Positions 46,058 through 55,824 of a stretch of DNA of 64,000 bases are shown here, in pieces. The stretch comes from a virus. The notes under the pieces were generated by a model, which made no database searches, was not told where the DNA came from, and saw only the letters and a list, made by a program, of their open reading frames with translations. Where the stretch lies: positions 32,001 through 96,000 of the IMG/VR virus record IMGVR_UViG_3300020045_010841; one strand, 5' to 3'. How positions within the stretch are numbered: position 1 is the stretch's first letter; every line of letters begins with the position of its first letter. A program made the position numbers and the translations under genes.

Positions 46058-46100
46058 ACCTTAATCTTACTTCGTAAATATATGAATAAATATTTAGTAA
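46058..46100. repeat. 43-bp direct repeat, copy 2
   Basis: Identical to 42319-42361. Confidence 0.85.
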
Positions 46101-46102
46101 TC

Positions 46103-46360
46103 CTAATAAATTTCATAAGTAGGTTCAAGAAGTTTTATTATATATTTTTCATGTATGTCACTACAAAATGAAAATATTTGCCCCTTTTCATCTTTAAAGG
46201 TGTTATATGATTTATATGCCCCCTTACGCATTTTCATGTCTTCATCAATAAAATCTGTATGATATCCTATAATAGTAGCTTCTATAGGAGTATCTCCTAT
46301 ATCGCCATAACATCTTTCACCCGAATATTTAATTAATACTTTATCTCCTTCTTTATACAT
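46103..46360 (-). CDS. Small SH3-like protein, YEIY-tag family
   Basis: MYKEGDKVLI; ends EPTYEIY. Confidence 0.75.
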   Translation of the reverse strand: MYKEGDKVLIKYSGERCYGDIGDTPIEATIIGYHTDFIDEDMKMRKGAYKSYNTFKDEKGQIFSFCSDIHEKYIIKLLEPTYEIY

Positions 46361-46377
46361 AATATTTAAATTATAAA

Positions 46378-46581
46378 ATTTAGGTAAGGAACCGCACTCT
46401 GGTCGTACCGGGCTACTATGGGTTTTAATCCAATGAGGTTGAGAGAATTCCGCGTGTGAGTCACTCCCGTACTGGCCTTTATCTATCCTTGAACTTAATC
46501 GGGTACTGTTGAGAGGTTACCACTATCAACACGCCTATTCTATGTTATTATCGGTCATAGAAAACCTATCCTTACCTAAAT
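46378..46581 (-). ncRNA. Candidate ~200-nt structured ncRNA
   Basis: Closing stem TTTAGGTAAGGA/TCCTTACCTAAA; internal TTCTATG/CATAGAA, TGTTGA/TCAACA, GCGTGT/ACACGC; GC-richer than flanks; no ORF in the track. Confidence 0.55.
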
Positions 46582-46587
46582 ATTTTT

Positions 46588-46842
46588 TTATTCTCCTTTT
46601 TGGAATTTTTCTTCCCAAATTTTCCTAACTTTGTTTGGGTCTTCAACATACTCATTCAAAGCTTTCATTCCTTCTTTAATTGTAGTAAATGGAATTGATT
46701 TGCATCCTACCTCCACTATGCATCCAATTGTAAGAAATTTAATTCTAATTTCATAATCTCTCAGACATTCACTTCTAGTAGGAACATATTCACTGCATTT
46801 TATTTGACTCATACATGGTTCATTAATTTCAGCTTCTTCCAT
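46588..46842 (-). CDS. Hypothetical protein
   Basis: 84 aa; GCIVEVGCKSIPF motif; promoter at 46871. Confidence 0.7.
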   Translation of the reverse strand: MEEAEINEPCMSQIKCSEYVPTRSECLRDYEIRIKFLTIGCIVEVGCKSIPFTTIKEGMKALNEYVEDPNKVRKIWEEKFQKGE

Positions 46843-46903
46843 AATATTTATTTGTTTTTTATTTATTTGAGTAAATATACGAATTTCAAATTCAAAAACC
46901 TAA

Positions 46904-47392
46904 TTATTTCATTAAATTTTTTAAAGAATATTCTTTAATATTTTCATATTTTTCTAACTTATATTTAATTCCTGCATTACCTAAAACCGTTTTAATTATT
47001 TTTTCTGTTGTAATTTGAGAATTGTTTTTCGAAGTTGGAAATAATATCCCCTCCTCTTTTACTTCATATGTAAGTAAATTTGGTTTACCATCAAAACTTT
47101 TTACCAAATCTTCCATAGCCTGTCTCGTTTTAGGAGGAAATGGAAATCCCTGTTTTTTTTCTAATGGACGTTTATGTGTAGGTAAATTTGGACCAAAATG
47201 CTTTATTATGGCAGCTTCTACTTCTTTTTTATTGCGAGTATTAATTAAAAATTCCCCATAATTATCTCTATTTTCTAAAGCTTTAATTATGTCTTCTTTA
47301 GTAAAACCATCCAATGGTTTTAAAAGATAATCCAATTCAGCCATCTCTCTTGGAGTAGAGGGAGAATCATTTTCTACTATTTTAAATTTCAT
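46904..47392 (-). CDS. Hypothetical protein
   Basis: 162-aa ORF. Confidence 0.7.
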   Translation of the reverse strand: MKFKIVENDSPSTPREMAELDYLLKPLDGFTKEDIIKALENRDNYGEFLINTRNKKEVEAAIIKHFGPNLPTHKRPLEKKQGFPFPPKTRQAMEDLVKSFDGKPNLLTYEVKEEGILFPTSKNNSQITTEKIIKTVLGNAGIKYKLEKYENIKEYSLKNLMK

Positions 47393-47393
47393 A

Positions 47394-47648
47394 TTATTGT
47401 GATTGTATTGTTCTGTATAAATATGCTATTTCCTCTTTGAGTAAATCAATTTCTGATTGTTTAATTAGGGTATATCCATTTTTAATAGTATTTCTAAAAT
47501 TCATAAGAATGTCTTCCTTACGATATGGAGTTAATTTAAAATAATTCTCCATCATTTCTATAGATGTCCAATGAACCGTACTCCAATCAGGAACACAATA
47601 ATTATTAGTATGTTCCTCACTTTTTAATTCCTGTTCTTTATCTATCAT
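47394..47648 (-). CDS. Hypothetical protein
   Basis: 84 aa, coupled. Confidence 0.6.
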   Translation of the reverse strand: MIDKEQELKSEEHTNNYCVPDWSTVHWTSIEMMENYFKLTPYRKEDILMNFRNTIKNGYTLIKQSEIDLLKEEIAYLYRTIQSQ

Positions 47649-48391
47649 CTTTTAGATTTTGCTAAATTTTCAAATTTTTTGAATAATAAAGATGATTTAT
47701 AAAATTTTTTAGAATCTTCATCCTCTCCCCAAACACTTAATAAATCATTTAAACTAAGGGAAGGTTTATTCATAAAAATATAATTCTGGGCATTTTCCTT
47801 TTTATACCAACATTTTCTGTGGGTAGAATTAAATATAGGAAAATATTTAGCTTCTGTTTTTTCTAAAAAATTCCAATTATTATCTGAAGTGTCCCACAAT
47901 AGCTGTTTCTCATCATATATTTCATATCCATCTTCTGTAATTAATAAAGGTCCTTTATATTTTTCTATATTGTTTATATTAACACCCGCAGAAAAACATC
48001 TAGTATCTTTATATGTAAATTCACTAATATCCCATCCTTTACAAGTTCCTGTAATTGTTTCTTTTACTTTATCTCCAATAGAAAATACTTCTCCATCACT
48101 CAATCTTTTAACTGATTTGATTATTGGGAAGTGTTTAATAGCTTCTTCAAGACTACAATACCATTCTTCATCTTTAAAAGCATACTTCCCATTAGGGTGT
48201 AATACATATGGGTTTTTATGATTATAACATAATAATTCTAAAATTTCATATTCTAATTCAATAATTGGTTCCCAATATTTTGGTTGGGTAGAAATATATC
48301 TCGTAAAGATGTCTCCATCAGAAGAACATTCATTCCAAATTTTCATCACCTCTAGTAAATTTAATAGAACTAATCCCACTCTTTTCAGCAA
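47645..48391 (-). CDS. Phage protein with IKSVKRLSDGEVFSIGD motif; N-terminus probably frameshifted
   Basis: Plausible native start MSTKYKLIQGYPG lies in another frame (48330..48449). Confidence 0.6.
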   Translation of the reverse strand: MLKRVGLVLLNLLEVMKIWNECSSDGDIFTRYISTQPKYWEPIIELEYEILELLCYNHKNPYVLHPNGKYAFKDEEWYCSLEEAIKHFPIIKSVKRLSDGEVFSIGDKVKETITGTCKGWDISEFTYKDTRCFSAGVNINNIEKYKGPLLITEDGYEIYDEKQLLWDTSDNNWNFLEKTEAKYFPIFNSTHRKCWYKKENAQNYIFMNKPSLSLNDLLSVWGEDEDSKKFYKSSLLFKKFENLAKSKR

Positions 48392-48478
48392 TCATCCCTA
48401 AATATTCAAATCCTGGATACCCTTGTATTAATTTATATTTTGTACTCATTATTTTATTTATATTATTTCCTACGTATA

Positions 48479-48673
48479 TTAATATATCTCGTATTGTGGT
48501 TCATCAACAATTTCATATTTAGTACCTATTAGATCAATATAAACACCATAATGTTTTTGTGAGGGAAAATTATAATAACATAAATCACCTGTGTATATCC
48601 CTATTTCTCCCTTACGTACAGCACCACCATTAGGATAATCTACTAATGCCTTAATTTTCTTTGGATACTCCAT
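48479..48673 (-). CDS. YEIY-tag family protein (paralog of 63736..63933)
   Basis: PKKIKAL..YPNGG..YNFPSQ; ends EPQYEIY. Confidence 0.75.
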   Translation of the reverse strand: MEYPKKIKALVDYPNGGAVRKGEIGIYTGDLCYYNFPSQKHYGVYIDLIGTKYEIVDEPQYEIY

Positions 48674-48833
48674 TAGCGATAAAATTTAGCAGGTTTAGGG
48701 AGATGTTTCTCAACTCCATTTTCATAATATGTTGTAAAATATCCAATAAAATTTGGATTTACTTCTTCCGTTAATGTTTGACGACTATCAAACGTAGAAA
48801 ACTCAACTAGTTTTCCTTCAATCATTACTTGTT

Positions 48834-49022
48834 TCATATTTTATTCTTTAAAAAATGTTTATCCTGTCCTAAGTATATATAGACTATATCAGCTATGTCA
48901 TATAACTTATCAATTTCTGGTTTTAATATTGCTCTACTTATTCTTATATACCCTTTTTCATAACGATTAAAATATTCAGGTATAAAATCATTACGATTTA
49001 ATTCTAATGTAATAATTGCCAT
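48834..49022 (-). CDS. Hypothetical protein
   Basis: 62 aa. Confidence 0.55.
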   Translation of the reverse strand: MAIITLELNRNDFIPEYFNRYEKGYIRISRAILKPEIDKLYDIADIVYIYLGQDKHFLKNKI

Positions 49023-49143
49023 TATGATAGTAAAATATAAAATCCTGTTCCTATTAAAAGTATAAGACTAATTAAAAAGTATGTTCCGTATTTGTATCTC
49101 TTCTCCATTTTTTCTCTTTCTTTTCTATAGTTTTCTTTATTCA

Positions 49144-49332
49144 TTAATAATCACCACTTAAATAAATTATTACTTTAGGTTCATCAATATTGATCTCTGA
49201 TATTTCAATTTCATCAGTATGTATTATGGTATTTAATGCGATAATTCTGGCCTCATCTATATTATGCGCCGCAATTATACAACAATTACCTACGGGATAA
49301 ATACCATTAAATTCTGCGTTGAATATTTTCAT
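49144..49332 (-). CDS. Hypothetical protein
   Basis: 62 aa, coupled. Confidence 0.6.
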   Translation of the reverse strand: MKIFNAEFNGIYPVGNCCIIAAHNIDEARIIALNTIIHTDEIEISEINIDEPKVIIYLSGDY

Positions 49333-49601
49333 TAATATATCTCGTATTGTGGTTCATCTCGAACAATTTCAAAGTAATCAAAATTAAAATTCCCTCCATA
49401 TATATTTCCTTCTATAAGACAATAATTCTCGTATTTAATGTTGATTTTACTGTTTATATGTAAGTCTGATTTATAAACCCAAGTTATATCACCAACTTTT
49501 AATGTTGTTGGGAATTGACGTGAATGGTTGGCATCATATTCTTTAATTAAACGTAATTTAATTACTTTCTTCCCTTTTAGTATGGGTTTTGGTTTATGCA
49601 T
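49332..49601 (-). CDS. YEIY-tag family protein
   Basis: Ends EPQYEIY. Confidence 0.75.
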   Translation of the reverse strand: MHKPKPILKGKKVIKLRLIKEYDANHSRQFPTTLKVGDITWVYKSDLHINSKINIKYENYCLIEGNIYGGNFNFDYFEIVRDEPQYEIY

Positions 49602-49679
49602 AATCTTTTACTATTTCTATTAATTTTTTAAGACAGAATATTTCTGCTTCTTCATAGGTATTGAAATATTCACTTCCTC

Positions 49680-49979
49680 CTACTTTTTTTCAGTAAAATG
49701 AGTAACAGAACCTTCCCATTCTAAATGACCCATTGATTTAGAAAAATCAGGTTGCCATTTATATACGTTAGCATTTAAATTACACTTCTCTCTAAACCAT
49801 CTAAAAGCTTGTTGATAAAGAGGTGCTAAAACACCATCAATGTTATTTTCACACTTATCAATAGTAAGAATACCTTCTTGTGGATTTCTTAATTCAATAT
49901 AATAACCTAGACAAGGTTCATTAAATCCTAATTCTTTTAAAGCTAATGCTTGTTCATAAGGTATAAACTCTTTTTCCAT
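49680..49979 (-). CDS. Phage protein (EFIPYEQALALKELGF type); possible -1 frameshift extension to 49594
   Basis: A_AAA_AAG before TAG; -1 frame encodes TYEEAEIFCLKKLIEIVK. Confidence 0.7.
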   Translation of the reverse strand: MEKEFIPYEQALALKELGFNEPCLGYYIELRNPQEGILTIDKCENNIDGVLAPLYQQAFRWFREKCNLNANVYKWQPDFSKSMGHLEWEGSVTHFTEKK

Positions 49980-50232
49980 AACATTTATTAATTTATGTTG
50001 TAAATATACGAAAGTCCAATTTAAAAACCTAATTTCGAATTTGGGATTTTAAAATTTTTTTTCGAGAGATTTTGGTATTGCGGAACTATGATTAAATTGG
50101 CCAATTCCGGATATATGTATATACTTTTCGGTTGGTTTGTAAAGGTGTTGTTAGTCTGTGTTCCGGTCTAATGCCTTCCTCCTGAACAATCGGCCCGCTG
50201 ATGGACATCAACGCATGAAAAACGAAGACGGC

Positions 50233-50430
50233 CTATTGGCCGTCCGTTATATAAAATACCGCTTTGTTCCCCTCATATTCCCACTTCACTACATTAAACA
50301 TATCTTTAATTTCCTGCACATGACATTCCCCTGTTATATTAATTTTCCAATTGTTATTACCTAATACTGTTACTAACGATTTGTCATAACCAATTTGGTT
50401 AAGCATTGTTTTAATATCTTTACTTGACAT
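50233..50430 (-). CDS. Hypothetical protein
   Basis: 65 aa. Confidence 0.55.
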   Translation of the reverse strand: MSSKDIKTMLNQIGYDKSLVTVLGNNNWKINITGECHVQEIKDMFNVVKWEYEGNKAVFYITDGQ

Positions 50431-50501
50431 AACTATAATTTAATTTTGGCCACCAAAAGCACCTAAATTAGGTGCTGATGGAATTATTATATTGGAATTA
50501 C

Positions 50502-51032
50502 TTACACTTCGGTTCCTCCATCTAACATACTTTCCAATACGGCTACTGCATCTGCATCTACCGCTTCAACAACTGGTTCTTCAACAACAACCGCTTTAGG
50601 TCTACCTAATGGCAATGTTCCTTTCAATGCAAGTCGTTTTTGTCTTGCACTGTTCGGGTCGATCATTCTACCCAATTTTAATTCTTTACCTTCAGCTGCT
50701 GCGGCATCTTTCTTGGCTTGAATAGCAGCTTGTTTGATATTCCAGGCACTGTTTGGATCGGCGGGTCTACCTCTTTTCCCCATATTAACCTGACTTAAAC
50801 GAATTTGACGAGGTGAATTTGGGTTGATTGGTCTACCTCTACGTTCAACCTTTTCTTCAACAGCGGCTTCTGCTGGTGGGTTTGCAATATGATACTCATT
50901 GATTCGGGTATCTAATTCTGCCGCTTTACCTTTGGTATCTAAACCTAATGCTTTCGCTTCCGCTACTAACGCTTTGTAATCGAATTTTTTAATTCCGTTA
51001 CCTACTTCTGTGTTTGTTTGAAATTTGTTCAT
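50502..51032 (-). CDS. Basic DNA-binding protein with AT-hook-like GRP repeats
   Basis: RRGRPINPNSPRQ, KRGRPADPNSAW, KLGRMIDPNSARQ, LGRPK; own promoter (51080) and terminator-like hairpin (~50458-50476). Confidence 0.65.
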   Translation of the reverse strand: MNKFQTNTEVGNGIKKFDYKALVAEAKALGLDTKGKAAELDTRINEYHIANPPAEAAVEEKVERRGRPINPNSPRQIRLSQVNMGKRGRPADPNSAWNIKQAAIQAKKDAAAAEGKELKLGRMIDPNSARQKRLALKGTLPLGRPKAVVVEEPVVEAVDADAVAVLESMLDGGTEV

Positions 51033-51202
51033 GACCTTAATTGTTTTAAATTGTTATACTTTATTAATTATCTTATTTTGTAAATATACGAACTTTAATT
51101 TTAATATCAACGACCCTATTTAAAATGTTTTTATTAATTATAATTCGTATTACTTAATCTTACAGTGTAAATATACGATTAGTATATTATAAATCCTATT
51201 CC

Positions 51203-51376
51203 TTAATCTAAATGATTTTGATTAATATGTTGTATGTAAATATTTTCCTTGTCCTGATAGCAATACCATTTCTTATTTTGTGCTTTACGTCTTGAATGAC
51301 AAGTTGAACATGAACTTAATGCTGCACATGCAATCATAAGTAATACCATAACGAATACAAAATTTGATCTTTTCAT
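51203..51376 (-). CDS. Small putative lipoprotein (57 aa)
   Basis: Hand-translated MKRSNFVFVMVLLMIACAALSSC; lipobox-like LSSC; promoter at 51401. Confidence 0.55.
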   Translation of the reverse strand: MKRSNFVFVMVLLMIACAALSSCSTCHSRRKAQNKKWYCYQDKENIYIQHINQNHLD

Positions 51377-52057
51377 AACTGATTATTTAATTATTATATT
51401 GTAAATATACGAATACATAATTAATATATTTCGACCTTAGTTTAGACAGAGAAACCTTTAATATATGTATTTCTTTTGAAAAATATTAAAGTATTGTATT
51501 GGTCGTTCCTTATTTTTATTCAACTCCTACTAGGTCGCAACCGTTTGCGTTGTGTTTATTATAATTTACTTATTTTAATGCATCTTCATAACATTACTTA
51601 ATTATATTCCAGGGACTATACGAGTCTGACCAATATTCTATTATGTAATTCGTTGTTTTCATGACCTGTGATTCTTAATTAGCCGTTCTAATTCCGTTTA
51701 ACGTTACTTAGGTTCCGTTACAATGTTCTCCCCTTACTTCTTGGTAACAACATGTTATTCATGTATAAATATGTAATTTCTCCTGTTCCCTGCGAATACT
51801 GTTTTAAATATACACAATTTATTTACCGTTATTCAATTATTTAATGCGTTAATTCTGTACTGTTCTTATGTTTGTACTACGTTCTGTGTTTTATATAAGG
51901 TGTATTTGTTATTGTGTTGTTTTACCGTTATATATTTTCGAGAGGGTAGGAAAAGGGTGGGGAGAACATGAATGAATTCTAAACCGGTCCGACCTGGTCC
52001 ATTCCTCACAATCTCCCTTCCCCCCACCTCAAAACAACCTACCCTTTATTCCCCCTC

Positions 52058-52939
52058 TTATCGGCCGGTTTCCACCACTTTATTAATATTTTCTTCATCA
52101 AACACAATGAAATATTCCCATCTATTTGAAGAGCCCGACTTTTCTCCATCTATATAAAACCCACCTTCTCCATCTGCATATCTCGGGAACCAATCATTCT
52201 TAGTATCGGAAACTAAACACAACGTTCCTTCTTTCAATACAGGTGTTAAATGTTTAGCTATTTCCTGACCAGTAGCATGTCTGAAGTGTTTTATTGCCCA
52301 ACTACCTGGTGCTCCGTGATTCTTGTTACCTGAGTTGTTTGTTAAATTGTTGTTGTTTTCAGATTTGTATACTTTGCCTTGATAAAACTGTGTATCACCC
52401 GTACCCATAACAACATCTTTAATACAATATAAGTAATCACCTACACTGTATTTAAGTTCTTCTGCTCCGAATATTTTGTCGAACAGTTCATTTTGGGGTG
52501 GTGTGCATGCAGAGCGCATTTGTTTATAAAATGTATCTGCTATTTGAACGTCTTCTCCCAATACAATTTGTTTTGACCAACCTTCTGCTAGGTCTTTTTT
52601 CCATGCAGGGCATGCAATGTTGATGATGGATTGTGCCTGTTTTGCTGTAATTTGTCTCATAACTTTGTTTTCTTTAGATTTAATATAATTAATCATGTTT
52701 TGCAATTCGTCTAATGTTTTACATACAGGGAATACACCGTAATTTTTATATTTTGATGTACTAAATTCATGTAATTCTTTTTCATCAATTCCAAACTGGG
52801 TGAATATTCTATCGTTTAGATTATTTTTGTCTTGGAGATAAAATCCATAACTACTATGAATTATTGATTCATATTCACCAATTTTAATTGTATCACCTAT
52901 TTTCATATTATAATATTTTGTTTTTTTCGATCCATTCAA
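52058..52939 (-). CDS. Multi-module hypothetical protein
   Basis: 293 aa; probable start MKIGDTIK; several SH3-like modules. Confidence 0.65.
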   Translation of the reverse strand: MNGSKKTKYYNMKIGDTIKIGEYESIIHSSYGFYLQDKNNLNDRIFTQFGIDEKELHEFSTSKYKNYGVFPVCKTLDELQNMINYIKSKENKVMRQITAKQAQSIINIACPAWKKDLAEGWSKQIVLGEDVQIADTFYKQMRSACTPPQNELFDKIFGAEELKYSVGDYLYCIKDVVMGTGDTQFYQGKVYKSENNNNLTNNSGNKNHGAPGSWAIKHFRHATGQEIAKHLTPVLKEGTLCLVSDTKNDWFPRYADGEGGFYIDGEKSGSSNRWEYFIVFDEENINKVVETGR

Positions 52940-53114
52940 ATATTTGTTGTTGACTAGCCATAATTACTAAACCTAAGGGGTATACTATTACCGCATACCA
53001 CCAATGAAAATCTTTCATCTCAAAGCAAAATGTAAAACCTATACACAAACCCAAAATGAGCAAACTTGCTATTAGATAGGTTATAACCAATAATCGATAG
53101 AGAAATAATTTCAT
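52908..53114 (-). CDS. Small two-helix membrane protein
   Basis: Two hydrophobic segments. Confidence 0.6.
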   Translation of the reverse strand: MKLFLYRLLVITYLIASLLILGLCIGFTFCFEMKDFHWWYAVIVYPLGLVIMASQQQIFEWIEKNKIL

Positions 53115-53328
53115 AGCTATTTATTTAAGTGAATCCATTTCCTTTAAATACAAATCCAATTGTTCTATTTTCTCTTTCAATTGTCGAAGTGGTTTGTGTG
53201 TTGTTGATGATTTAAGTTCATCTGCATAAAGATTAATCCACCATTTGGTGTCTTTAATCAATATTCCCAATTCATCTATTCTTTTCATAACTATTTTTAT
53301 TTTATACTGTAAATATACGAATATATTA

Positions 53329-54072
53329 TTAATAGATTTCGACCTTATTTAATTTAATAAAATTTCTTGAATCGTATATATTAGGTACATCTTTGATTTT
53401 ACCATTTGTTAGTAAATCCATTAATTGATACTTAATGAAATCAGCATCTTTGGCTAATGAGTGTTCAATAGTGTTTGATATTCTCCCCTCCCAACTATTC
53501 TCCTTCACAAATTTATTTGTAAATTGGAATTTATGTTGTCCTGTTTCCTCGTTATACGAATCACTCGACCAATTTAATTCATCAATCATGGATTGTAAAA
53601 ACATACCTGATAAAAATGTTGGGCTGTCAATTATAAACCACTGATCACCATCGTTGTGTGCTCTATACTGAATGTATTGGATTGCTCTGAATATTTCTCC
53701 AACCAATGTTTTGCATGGTCCTGATTTTGGAATGTTTGTGTCTTCGAATTCTTTGGTTTGCGCTATTAATTCTTCACCAACTTGTTCGAATTCCTGAAAT
53801 CGTTTAACACTGTGATTAAATCGTCTTCTATCCCCCATTTCTTTTCTTACCAATTCCATTTCCCAATCTTCTTGAGTTAATAAAATATATTCATTAATTT
53901 CAATCATTCCGGCTTCCCTGTTGTAAGAAAGAGGTATTCCCGATTTAGTTGCTATTAATTTATTAAGATCACTTCCGTATTCATTGATATAAAACAAAGG
54001 GTGTTTATTTTCTTTTAGTGCGTTAATAATACGAACAGATATTCTTAGCTTTTGTATTTTAGACAATTCCAT
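53329..54072 (-). CDS. Hypothetical protein ending KVEIY
   Basis: IPKSGPCKTLVGEIFRAI..YRAHNDGD motif; promoter at 54096. Confidence 0.75.
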   Translation of the reverse strand: MELSKIQKLRISVRIINALKENKHPLFYINEYGSDLNKLIATKSGIPLSYNREAGMIEINEYILLTQEDWEMELVRKEMGDRRRFNHSVKRFQEFEQVGEELIAQTKEFEDTNIPKSGPCKTLVGEIFRAIQYIQYRAHNDGDQWFIIDSPTFLSGMFLQSMIDELNWSSDSYNEETGQHKFQFTNKFVKENSWEGRISNTIEHSLAKDADFIKYQLMDLLTNGKIKDVPNIYDSRNFIKLNKVEIY

Positions 54073-54275
54073 AACTATTTGTTTTAATTTATACTGTAAA
54101 TATACGAGTATTATTTATATAAATTTATTCCTTACCCAAAATACTATTAATAATAGTAATACCATTTGATATACACAACTATCTATTGGCACTGCTTCGG
54201 GTTTATGTGGATATTCGGGATGTAATTCATACCAACAATCAGAGAATGGGGGACATGGTGGAGGAGGAGTTTGTA

Positions 54276-54629
54276 TCAATATATTTCATATTGTGGTTCG
54301 ATATTTTTATTTATAAATTCGGTGGTGAATTCTCGATAGGTATATATTTTACCAAATGGTCTTGAATAAAATACATCTCCTTTACCTTTACCAAATACAT
54401 AATACATATCAGTAATTTTACTATCTTTATAAAAATTATTCTTTCGTGCTGGCAGTGAATTATTTTCATCAAACCATTTCCCGATGAATTGTTGTTCTTG
54501 TAAATTATTAGGTTTTATACACCACATATTATTTCTTTTTAAATTGTTCAAACCATACTCTAAAAGGAGTTCTTTGTGTATATTTCTGTTGAAATTTATA
54601 TTCATTAGCCATTCCAGCATTATAAGCAT
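54276..54629 (-). CDS. YEIY-tag family protein (probable start MWCIKP)
   Basis: Ends EPQYEIY-TGA. Confidence 0.7.
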   Translation of the reverse strand: MLIMLEWLMNINFNRNIHKELLLEYGLNNLKRNNMWCIKPNNLQEQQFIGKWFDENNSLPARKNNFYKDSKITDMYYVFGKGKGDVFYSRPFGKIYTYREFTTEFINKNIEPQYEIY

Positions 54630-54768
54630 TTTTTAAATCTTCCTCACTATACATTCTTTCTCGTTGCCATTTAGCACCATCAATAAATGATTTATAATCG
54701 CCAAAAGCATTAATAGTATTCAAATTATAGTTTTCAGCAGCTTCTTCAAGTGTTTCTTGTTTATTCAT
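54529..54768 (-). CDS. Phage protein (QETLEEAAE..GAKWQ type)
   Basis: KQETLEEAAE, FIDGAKWQ, MYSEED, WFEQFKKK. Confidence 0.75.
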   Translation of the reverse strand: MNKQETLEEAAENYNLNTINAFGDYKSFIDGAKWQRERMYSEEDLKNAYNAGMANEYKFQQKYTQRTPFRVWFEQFKKK

Positions 54769-55408
54769 CTTCTTCTAATTTTAATTGATAACCAAATTCA
54801 ATAGCAAGAGCAATTTCATTATATATGCTTTGACCTATATACTTATCAAGATATTTTACAACTCTTTCCCCTCTTGCTTCTGTTATAGTAATTTGCTGTT
54901 CTATTTCTTCAATAGTGATTTCTTGTTTAGGTTTTTCTTTTGGAATGATTATTACAGCTTTACTATTAAAATCAAAAGTATATCTAATCTCAACCTCCTC
55001 ACAACTTGGATTTTTAACAAACCACTCTAAGAAATCATCATCAATATCTTGTACACCATTTTTGATTAAGTCTTGGTCTGTTGTTAGGATTATTTTTTTA
55101 CACCATCCACCATTAGGATAAGTAATAAGAGGTTCTTTTCTAACAATATCCTCTGTAACTTTTATAGGTTTAAAAACAGTTCTTCTACTTATTTCGCCAA
55201 CTACATTAATTACATAACAATCACAATTAGTAATTTCTTCATCAGAAGTGATGTAAATGTTTTGGTTTTGACCTATTGGAGGTACATTATTTGCAAGTTC
55301 ATCAAATACAAATAGTTCTTTTTTAGCTCTACCTATAAATAGCTTACTTGGTTTATCCGTTGGTAATACGTGTATATTTTTATTTCTCTTTTCCATAAAA
55401 TTTGACAT
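54761..55408 (-). CDS. Phage protein (KNIHVLPTDKPS type)
   Basis: KKIILTTDQDLIKNGVQ..FLEWFVKNPSCEEV. Confidence 0.75.
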   Translation of the reverse strand: MSNFMEKRNKNIHVLPTDKPSKLFIGRAKKELFVFDELANNVPPIGQNQNIYITSDEEITNCDCYVINVVGEISRRTVFKPIKVTEDIVRKEPLITYPNGGWCKKIILTTDQDLIKNGVQDIDDDFLEWFVKNPSCEEVEIRYTFDFNSKAVIIIPKEKPKQEITIEEIEQQITITEARGERVVKYLDKYIGQSIYNEIALAIEFGYQLKLEEDE

Positions 55409-55769
55409 ATTTCATATTACTCAATCGTTCTTGTATTCTCTCTTGAATTAATCGAACACTTTCTGGTGTGGGTGTCCAATCATTCATTAAATGTTTAGGT
55501 ATATCCGAAAATGAATCTGATTTGTCTTCAATGTTAAATCCACGATTACGGCATTCAATAACGAGTTCATTGTAGCGACGTTCGATATAACCTACTTTGT
55601 TATAGAAAAATTTAACGTGTCCTTTACCTAAGGTAAAATGACGCGGTATATCTTTAATAATAGCGCGACCAGATTTGATTGTGTTAGGTATACGCGTTAT
55701 TTCGCGTATTTCTGCGAGTACATGAGCGTCACATAATTCTTGTACGGGTATAGTGTTTATTCGAGTCAT
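55380..55769 (-). CDS. denV: Pyrimidine-dimer DNA glycosylase (T4 endonuclease V-like)
   Basis: MTRIN..L.D.H..AE.RE..R, FTLGKGHVKFFY.K signature. Confidence 0.92.
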   Translation of the reverse strand: MTRINTIPVQELCDAHVLAEIREITRIPNTIKSGRAIIKDIPRHFTLGKGHVKFFYNKVGYIERRYNELVIECRNRGFNIEDKSDSFSDIPKHLMNDWTPTPESVRLIQERIQERLSNMKYVKFYGKEK

Positions 55770-55824
55770 AAATTTTTATTTATGTAAATATACGAATGTT
55801 GTTATATAATATTACGTCCTTTAT

